Made by a program: the position numbers and the translations under genes
Notes under the pieces: generated by a model
What the model was told of the DNA's origin: nothing
The model's database searches: none
The model's input: only the letters and a program-made list of their open reading frames with translations
IMG/VR virus record: IMGVR_UViG_2648501400_000011
Span: 1 to 4,689 of that record
Reading direction: 5' to 3' (one strand)
Source of the DNA: a virus
Lineage: Duplodnaviria > Heunggongvirae > Uroviricota > Caudoviricetes
Length of the DNA stretch: 4,689 bases
In this document: positions 1 to 4,689 of the stretch, one piece after another
Numbering within the stretch: position 1 is the stretch's first letter
How the letters are laid out: each line of letters begins with the position of its first letter

Positions 1-3000
1 ACGAACATATTACAAACTGTTGATTTTGGTACACCCAGGCGACGCCCGGCCACAACCCGGGGTAAATGTTCTTCAAAGTGAAGACGTAAAGCTTCAGTAG
101 ATCGCCTTCAATCTGGTTGGCGGACAGTTTTCCCAGAACCCGACAGTTTTCGTTAATCGTGACGTTGTTGAGCGTCCCGGAGTTCGCATTCACGTTACCG
201 CTGATATCGGCATTTTTCGCCGTCAGCCGCCCGTCCGGTGTCAGGGAAAATGCCGGAGGATTACCGCCACTGGTAATGGTGGGAGCCGTCAGGTATTTCA
301 GGAACACTTCGTTCATGAATATCTGATCGCCCTGACCAACAAACATCGGCTTTGTGTTGCCATTCGCAGGATTAATCATCGCAATCCGGTCAGCAGCCAG
401 AAGCACCTGACTCTGCATACCTGCTGGCGTATTCTCAATACCGGCTCCGATACCCGCAATATAAAGGCGTCCGTCCTTCATCTGCTGCAGTTTCACGGCC
501 CACATGCTGTTCAGGTTATTATTTGTATCAACCTGAACTTTCTGTATCTGCTGGATTGCCGCGCTCTGATTTTCCAGTTTTTTATTGACGGTCTGCGTGA
601 TTTCATTGCTGACATTCGTAATGGACGTCCTGATTTCAGCCAGATCAGGCGCAAGCTGACCGTTATCAATCTGCGTCCACAACTCCTGAGCCAGATGGGT
701 TTTCCCTATCTCTCCTTTGAAAAAATCCAGATAGCCGGATGCATCATCACTCGGCTGGCCAACAGCCTCCACAAATGCCGATTTGCCAACAGTATTCACA
801 CTGCGGATATAAAAATAATAATCATGGCCCGGTTTGATATTGATACTGGCAGCTATCCAGTACAGCGCCGAGCCAAGATAGCGGGCTGCGGTTTCAACCT
901 GCCTGATATCCGCAATCCGCTTTTCCGAGAACCAGAACTCAAACTGTACCGTCGGGTCATAAACGGCAAGATGCGGCGTGGCGGTTATCTGAAAATAGCC
1001 CTGCGTCAGCTCAATCCGCGACGGTGCTGCCGGTGCGGCAATCCGGAAGGTGGTGGTGGCAGGTTCACCCTGCTGGCCATAGCTGTTTATCGCCCGCACC
1101 GTCAGGGTGTATTCCCCGAGCGGCAGGCCGCTGAAACGGTGCTCCGTGTCTGCGGTGATGGCGGTGGTCACCAGTCTGGCATCCGTTCCCTTACCACTGG
1201 TCAGGCGCAGACTGAAGCGCACACCCTTCACCACCCGCGGCGTGTCCCATTTCGCCTGCGCCAGATACTGGCCGTCAGCTGCGCTCACCTCCACCGTCAG
1301 GTGCTGCACTGCCGGTGGGATGACGCTGTTCAGGGAACCTGACTGCGGCTCAAAGCGGGCACCGTTATCCACGATGGCTTCTTTTTCCGGTACGTGCTGC
1401 ACCGCCGTGATGGCAAAGGTGCCGTCCGTGTTTTCCCGGACGGAGACACAGCGGAACAGGCGACGGCGCAGTGACGGCAGGGAGAGTCCCCACACCCCGT
1501 ATGTCTCCACACCATCAGGCAGGGTACTGACCTGTATCCGGTCCGGCGCGGGGTGTTCGGTGATGTCCACACTCACCGGCTTACCGCTGCCGTTAATCAG
1601 GTTCACCGTGGCGGCACCGGTCTCCGGAAGTGTCACTTCACGGTCCAGCGTCAGGGTGCGGGTGGCAGCATCAATGGACAGGACACGTCCGCCGGTCAGG
1701 GTCCCGGCATAGTCGTTATCACAGATTTCAATGATGTCACCGGGTGTGTGCCGCAGCCCCTGAGACCCGAGCGTGAAATCCACCGTCTGCGTTTCCAGCA
1801 GTCCGGTCTTTATCACCCACAGTCCGGCACGGTGGGCCTGACCGCGGCTGGTACAGCCGAACGCGTCCATCTTCAGCAGGTTGCGTCCGTAGCGCAGTAT
1901 GGCTTCCGGGTCTTCCACCAGTTCCGTGGAGGTCTGCCAGCCGTTCTGCGGGTCGGTGTAATTCACCTCCACCGCCGTGTGCCGGTCCTTCAGGGCACTG
2001 AAGCTGTAGCGGAATCCCACGCCGTTATCATCCACCACCACATCGCTGTTGGTGTACGGCCACACCACATCCGACGGGCGGTCCTGAACGAACGTCAGCG
2101 TCTGACCGTTCCATACCGGCATACAGCGCATCGCAGAGCAGAAATCACTGAGAACGTCCCACGCCTTACGCTGTTGTGCCAGGTACGCATTAAAGGTCAT
2201 CCGCGGCTCTGTCCCCCCGAAACCATCCGGGACCGTCTGGTCGCAGTACTGCCCGATGGCATACAGCGCCCACTTGTCCACATCCGCCGCCCCCAGACGT
2301 TTTCCCATGCCGTAGCGCGGGTGAGTCAGCATGTCCCACAGGCACCAGGCCGGGTTGTTGCTGTATGCCGGTTTCAGACTGCCGTCCCAGATACCACTGT
2401 ACGTGCGTTTTTCCGGGTCATAGTTTGACGGCACCTGGATGATGCGACCGCGGATATGGTAGTTCACCGTCATCTGCTGGCCGCCGAACTGCTCCGCATC
2501 CACCTGCAGCCCCACAATGGCCGTGTTCGGGTAGCACTGTTTCACATCGATGATTTCGGTGTATGACGACCACAGCGTCTTATTCTGCAGCTGGTCCGTG
2601 GTGCTGTCCGCCGTCTCCCTGACCATCCGGATGTTAAAGGGCCGGGGAGGCAGATTATCCAGAATCACCGAGGCCAGGAACTGTGAGGTGGTCTTGCCGT
2701 TAATGGTGACGTCCTTTTCCGTCACCCAGCGGCCATTACGCTGTAACTGAATCAGAATCCGGACAGAGGAAGGATTACGGTCGCCCTTTGACGTGGTCTG
2801 CACCAGTGACTGCACCCCGAAGGTAACCCGCAGGCGGTCAATGTTCGCGGACGTAATGGTGCGCGTCACCGGTTTTGCCTTCGTCACTTCCACGCCCAGT
2901 CCGGTTTCAGCTCCGGAGGACTCAAAGCCTTCCGGTGGTGTCTGCTCCTGCTCCCCGGCGCGCCAGACCGCCGTCACACCGTGTATCACGGGATTACCGT

Positions 3001-3166
3001 CCGTGTCCGTCAGCGGGGTTTTGTTCACCAGAATACTCTGCAGGCCTTTCACCGGGCCTTCTATCGGTCCCTCACCAATCGCATCAATCACGCTCATCAT
3101 CTGCGTGGATTTGAGATTGTCTTTCGCCTCACGCGGTGTGTGCGCCTTGCCGCCACCTTTGCCCAT
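1..3166 (-). CDS. J: Tail tip host-specificity protein J (gpJ-like central tail fibre), partial: N-terminal 1055 codons, C-terminus lies beyond the left edge of the window
   Basis: Minus-strand ATG at 3164..3166, preceded by a Shine-Dalgarno AAGAGGTGA (plus coords 3171..3179) 4 nt upstream. The translation begins [52 protein letters not shown]... and continues in one frame to position 2 with no stop; the ORF track lists no complete minus-strand ORF here, consistent with an ORF truncated by the window edge. It matches lambda gpJ as I recall it over most of its length, e.g. [112 protein letters not shown]. Homology is from memory, not from a search. Confidence 0.95.
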   Translation of the reverse strand, partial: MGKGGGKAHTPREAKDNLKSTQMMSVIDAIGEGPIEGPVKGLQSILVNKTPLTDTDGNPVIHGVTAVWRAGEQEQTPPEGFESSGAETGLGVEVTKAKPVTRTITSANIDRLRVTFGVQSLVQTTSKGDRNPSSVRILIQLQRNGRWVTEKDVTINGKTTSQFLASVILDNLPPRPFNIRMVRETADSTTDQLQNKTLWSSYTEIIDVKQCYPNTAIVGLQVDAEQFGGQQMTVNYHIRGRIIQVPSNYDPEKRTYSGIWDGSLKPAYSNNPAWCLWDMLTHPRYGMGKRLGAADVDKWALYAIGQYCDQTVPDGFGGTEPRMTFNAYLAQQRKAWDVLSDFCSAMRCMPVWNGQTLTFVQDRPSDVVWPYTNSDVVVDDNGVGFRYSFSALKDRHTAVEVNYTDPQNGWQTSTELVEDPEAILRYGRNLLKMDAFGCTSRGQAHRAGLWVIKTGLLETQTVDFTLGSQGLRHTPGDIIEICDNDYAGTLTGGRVLSIDAATRTLTLDREVTLPETGAATVNLINGSGKPVSVDITEHPAPDRIQVSTLPDGVETYGVWGLSLPSLRRRLFRCVSVRENTDGTFAITAVQHVPEKEAIVDNGARFEPQSGSLNSVIPPAVQHLTVEVSAADGQYLAQAKWDTPRVVKGVRFSLRLTSGKGTDARLVTTAITADTEHRFSGLPLGEYTLTVRAINSYGQQGEPATTTFRIAAPAAPSRIELTQGYFQITATPHLAVYDPTVQFEFWFSEKRIADIRQVETAARYLGSALYWIAASINIKPGHDYYFYIRSVNTVGKSAFVEAVGQPSDDASGYLDFFKGEIGKTHLAQELWTQIDNGQLAPDLAEIRTSITNVSNEITQTVNKKLENQSAAIQQIQKVQVDTNNNLNSMWAVKLQQMKDGRLYIAGIGAGIENTPAGMQSQVLLAADRIAMINPANGNTKPMFVGQGDQIFMNEVFLKYLTAPTITSGGNPPAFSLTPDGRLTAKNADISGNVNANSGTLNNVTINENCRVLGKLSANQIEGDLLKLYVFTLKNIYPGLWPGVAWVYQNQQFVICS

Positions 3167-3170
3167 TACA

Positions 3171-3179
3171 TCACCTCTT
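3171..3179 (-). promoter_or_regulatory. Ribosome-binding site (Shine-Dalgarno) of J
   Basis: Minus-strand sequence AAGAGGTGA followed by tgta and then the J ATG; strong complementarity to the 16S 3' end at suitable spacing. Confidence 0.6.
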
Positions 3180-3198
3180 ACCGTGATAATTGTTCACT

Positions 3199-3231
3199 CA
3201 CAAAAACAACAGGCACCTCACCGGGTGCCTG
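3199..3231 (-). terminator. Terminator-like hairpin plus U-rich tract on the minus strand, immediately upstream of the J RBS (possible attenuator or RNA-stability/processing structure)
   Basis: Plus-strand palindrome 3210..3217 (CAGGCACC) / 3224..3231 (GGTGCCTG) with a 6-nt loop; on the minus-strand RNA the 8-bp stem is followed by GUUGUUUUUGUG (plus coords 3209..3199). Lies between the I stop (3407) and the J SD (3171..3179). Confidence 0.35.
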
Positions 3232-3339
3232 CGTCATGACGGAATAAAATTTCTGAATATCTTCACATTTTCACACACTGACTGTGGCGCTTATAATTTC
3301 GCTGCGTTAGTGTTTTTTTGCCCGAGTAACAAAAACAAC
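3200..3339. repeat. Exact 11-bp direct repeat ACAAAAACAAC, two copies (3200..3210 and 3329..3339)
   Basis: Read directly from the sequence; flanking bases differ on both sides (c/a before, a/t after). Copy 1 forms the U-tract of the minus-strand hairpin; copy 2 lies inside the candidate sRNA. Confidence 0.6.
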
Positions 3340-3350
3340 TCCTTCACATT
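3261..3350. repeat. Exact 9-bp direct repeat CTTCACATT, two copies (3261..3269 and 3342..3350)
   Basis: Read directly from the sequence. Copy 1 overlaps the -35 region of the candidate promoter; copy 2 lies inside the candidate sRNA body, 2 nt after the second ACAAAAACAAC copy. Confidence 0.55.
3270..3297 (+). promoter_or_regulatory. Candidate sigma70-type promoter in the I-J spacer, directed opposite to the tail genes
   Basis: Plus strand: -35-like TTCACA (3270..3275, 5/6 match to TTGACA), 16-bp spacer, perfect -10 TATAAT (3292..3297). Predicted start around 3301..3306. Sits in an AT-rich spacer between two minus-strand genes. Confidence 0.35.
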
Positions 3351-3401
3351 GATCTTCATTTGTCTGTCCCCGCAGCTCCGCGATCACTGCGGGATTTTTT
3401 T
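3304..3401 (+). ncRNA. Candidate small RNA (about 95-100 nt) bounded by the plus-strand promoter and intrinsic terminator; function unknown
   Basis: The region between the predicted start (~3304) and the terminator T-run (3395..3401) has no credible ORF: the only listed plus-strand ORF (3190..3426) is TTG-initiated, lacks an SD and reads through the promoter and terminator. The transcript would contain an internal U7 tract (3313..3319), an (ARN)4-like tract AAC-AAA-AAC-AAC (3328..3339) and a 3' stem-loop plus U-tail, features typical of Hfq-associated sRNAs. Prediction only; no expression data. Confidence 0.3.
3369..3401 (+). terminator. Rho-independent terminator (plus-strand orientation)
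   Basis: Stem CCGCAGC (3369..3375) pairs with GCTGCGG (3387..3393), 7 bp and GC-rich, around an 11-nt loop; followed by A plus T7 (3394..3401). On the opposite strand the hairpin is followed by gacagacaaatg, not a U-tract, so it should terminate only plus-strand transcripts. Confidence 0.5.
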
Positions 3402-3406
3402 ATGTT

Positions 3407-4087
3407 TTATCCCTGTCGCCCGATAACCACGACCTTTCCGCCCCCGCCTTCATCACGGGTGCTGATGTACTGGGATATACGGCGGGAGCCAACCAGCATT
3501 TCCCCGTAAGGCACCGGCATCGGGTTCCCCTGGGCAATCATGTTATCCAGCGAGGAAAAGTACGTGTTCTGTCTGCCGTTATCCGTTGCGCGGTAATCCG
3601 GTGTTTTTGCCTTCGGGGCCAGCATCTGGGCCACACCGCCCAGAATCATGCTGGCTCCAAGTGAAAACAGCATCGTGGTGGCAGAAAAACCACCGGCTGC
3701 CAGGGCTGAACCCCATAACGCCATTGATGCCCCGGCAGTGAAGAAAGAGCCCACGATGGCTGCCGCCCCCAACACAATCTGCAGTCCACCCTTTCCGGCC
3801 CCGGCCAGTCGCGGCACAATGTGGATGACCGTTCCCTCACCCAGCTGTTCGTGAAGGCGGGCGTACACCACCTCCGGTGCCGTGTCTTCACCGGCAATAC
3901 GTATCTGGTACCAGCCTTCGTTCATCTGAAGGCGAAAGCCCGGCATCTGCATCGACAGGGCGCGAATGGCTTCCGCTGCCGTGTTCACATACAGGCTGAG
4001 GCGGCGGCCAAATCGTTGTAAATCCCCGTGAAGGCAGATGTGTGCCAGTGGCGGTGACGCCAGACAGAATGCGTTCGTCGTTGCCAT
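3407..4087 (-). CDS. I: Tail assembly protein I (gpI-like; ubiquitin-like N-terminal region and glycine/alanine-rich hydrophobic C-terminal region)
   Basis: Complete 226-aa ORF (ATG at 4085..4087, TAA at 3407..3409). The translation MATTNAFCLASPPLAHICLHGDLQRFGRR...QNTYFSSLDNM.AQGN...YGEM.VGSR closely parallels lambda gpI as I recall it (MAAT...ICLYGDLQRFGRR...). The C-terminal half carries a Gly/Ala-rich hydrophobic segment (GGLQIVLGAAAIVGSFFTAGASMALWGSALAAGGFSATTMLFSLGASMILGGVAQMLAP). A possible SD GGAGAGG (plus coords 4099..4105) lies 11 nt upstream, which is slightly long; the gene overlaps K, so translational coupling is plausible. Confidence 0.93.
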   Translation of the reverse strand: MATTNAFCLASPPLAHICLHGDLQRFGRRLSLYVNTAAEAIRALSMQMPGFRLQMNEGWYQIRIAGEDTAPEVVYARLHEQLGEGTVIHIVPRLAGAGKGGLQIVLGAAAIVGSFFTAGASMALWGSALAAGGFSATTMLFSLGASMILGGVAQMLAPKAKTPDYRATDNGRQNTYFSSLDNMIAQGNPMPVPYGEMLVGSRRISQYISTRDEGGGGKVVVIGRQG

Positions 4088-4626
4088 TTTTCGGAATACC
4101 TCTCCCGTTTACTCAGTTGTTCAGGAATATGGTGAAGCAGTTCACCGTTGCCGCAGTATATGGCGGCATGATTGGCCACCGATGCGCCAAAGCAGCACAG
4201 CAGGATATCGCCAGGCTGTGCGGAAGGCAGGGAAATCCTGTAAAAACCAGTCGCCTCCATATTGTCCAGGTACAGGTTCTGACCGTTGCGCCACCAGTCA
4301 TCCTCACGCTCAAAATCCGGCATATCAATTCCCGCCAGATGGTAGGCATCCCGGAACAGCGTGTAACAGTCCGTCACCCCGTGCTCAAAGCGCCGTCCTG
4401 TCAGATGTGGCACACAGCGGAATTTATGAATTTCCCCCCGGCAGACCAGCCACCAGGACAGTGCACTTTTTATCTGCAGCCGCCGGTCGGCCTCGCTCAG
4501 CCAGGGCAGACCACCGGGATGACTGTGGACCAGTGCCACAATCTCCCCCTGCATCTCTGCCCGCAGCCAGTCTTCCGGTGCAATACGAAAATACGTAAGC
4601 GTAAACTGACCGCCGTATGTAGCCAT
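3985..4626 (-). CDS. K: Tail assembly protein K (gpK-like; N-terminal JAMM/MPN metalloprotease-like motif plus C-terminal NlpC/P60 cysteine peptidase-like domain)
   Basis: Complete 213-aa ORF (ATG 4624..4626, TGA 3985..3987). The translation contains a JAMM-type motif H34-S-H36-x7-S44-x2-D47 (VHSHPGGLPWLSEAD) with an upstream Glu, followed by an NlpC/P60-like Cys in TDCYTLF (C87) and His residues in ANHAAIYCGNGELLHH (H153, H165/166). The 3' end overlaps the I gene by 103 nt out of frame, the same K/I arrangement I recall in lambda. No obvious SD; an in-frame TAA lies 18 nt upstream, so the start cannot be further 5'. Confidence 0.93.
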   Translation of the reverse strand: MATYGGQFTLTYFRIAPEDWLRAEMQGEIVALVHSHPGGLPWLSEADRRLQIKSALSWWLVCRGEIHKFRCVPHLTGRRFEHGVTDCYTLFRDAYHLAGIDMPDFEREDDWWRNGQNLYLDNMEATGFYRISLPSAQPGDILLCCFGASVANHAAIYCGNGELLHHIPEQLSKRERYSEKWQRRTHSVWRHRHWHTSAFTGIYNDLAAASACM

Positions 4627-4689
4627 CAGACGAGAATTGGTAACTTAGACGCCCATCTGATATAGACGGACATCTAAGTATGGAATTAC

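Noticed and set aside
117-326. 69-aa plus-strand ORF near the left edge, and the minus-strand ORF 1330..1572 in another frame of J
   Set aside because: Both lie inside J in the wrong frame or strand, with no independent support.
695-2428. Long plus-strand ORFs (695..1342, 1107..1712, 1553..2428; 201-291 aa) inside the J region
   Set aside because: They are antisense to an uninterrupted, well-conserved J reading frame. Their translations are Arg/Gly/Pro/His-rich and low in complexity, typical of the reverse strand of a GC-rich gene, with no convincing RBS. Treated as artefacts.
2550-3247. Plus-strand ORFs 2550..2750, 2793..3239, 2875..3114 and 2981..3247 overlapping the 5' part of J
   Set aside because: Antisense to J, mutually overlapping in different frames, with no RBS and no recognisable protein features.
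3255-3285. TGTGA/TCACA-like motifs near the candidate promoter that could suggest a CRP site
   Set aside because: No properly spaced TGTGA-N6-TCACA palindrome is present, only isolated half-site-like pentamers.
3178-3359. Two mini-ORFs on the minus strand in the spacer: 22 codons (3291..3359, MKINVKELFLLLGQKNTNAAKL) and 19 codons (3178..3237, [19 protein letters not shown], stop inside the J SD)
   Set aside because: Neither has a convincing Shine-Dalgarno at proper spacing, and both are within chance expectation for an AT-rich spacer. The second could in principle act as a regulatory uORF for J, but there is no support beyond its position.
3190-3426. 78-aa plus-strand ORF spanning the whole I-J spacer
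   Set aside because: It starts at TTG with no SD, has a Phe/Cys-rich low-complexity translation, and reads straight through the predicted promoter and terminator hairpin into the I gene. A non-coding transcript fits this strand better.
3646-4665. Alternative-frame and antisense ORFs over I and K (3646..3897 -, 3648..3854 +, 3821..4021 +, 4038..4598 +, 4042..4665 +, 4113..4349 -)
   Set aside because: All overlap the well-supported I and K frames and have low-complexity, Arg/Pro/Cys-rich translations with no RBS; shadow ORFs.
4627-4689. Possible 3' end of the upstream tail gene (L homologue) and a 15-codon ORF whose TGA overlaps the K ATG (UGAUG)
   Set aside because: Only 63 nt are available. 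The frame in phase with K has a stop 18 nt upstream, the 15-codon ORF has no RBS, and none of the three frames resembles the C-terminus of lambda gpL as I recall it. Most likely L-K intergenic sequence; cannot be resolved from this window.
1-4689. Looked for tRNA or rRNA genes, CRISPR repeats, IS inverted repeats and att-like sites
   Set aside because: No cloverleaf-compatible segment, no regularly spaced repeats and no terminal inverted repeats were seen; apart from the 240-bp spacer the window is taken up by the three tail genes.

Overview
This window is the distal tail-tip module of a lambda-like (lambdoid) phage or prophage, with all genes on the minus strand in the order K -> I -> J. The J gene runs off the left edge of the window. 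Calls rest on my reading of the translations and their match to phage lambda gpK, gpI and gpJ as I remember them; no database search was possible. The most interesting region is the I-J spacer (3167..3406): it is 240 bp, against about 60 bp in lambda as I recall, and is visibly AT-richer than the flanking genes. On the plus strand it carries a near-consensus sigma70-like promoter and, about 70 nt downstream, an intrinsic terminator, with no credible ORF between them. I read this as a candidate ~100-nt small RNA or moron transcribed against the late tail operon. The spacer also holds a minus-strand terminator-like hairpin just upstream of the J ribosome-binding site and two exact short direct repeats. 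No tRNA, rRNA, CRISPR array, IS element or integrase was seen. All listed plus-strand ORFs inside J, I and K look like antisense artefacts.
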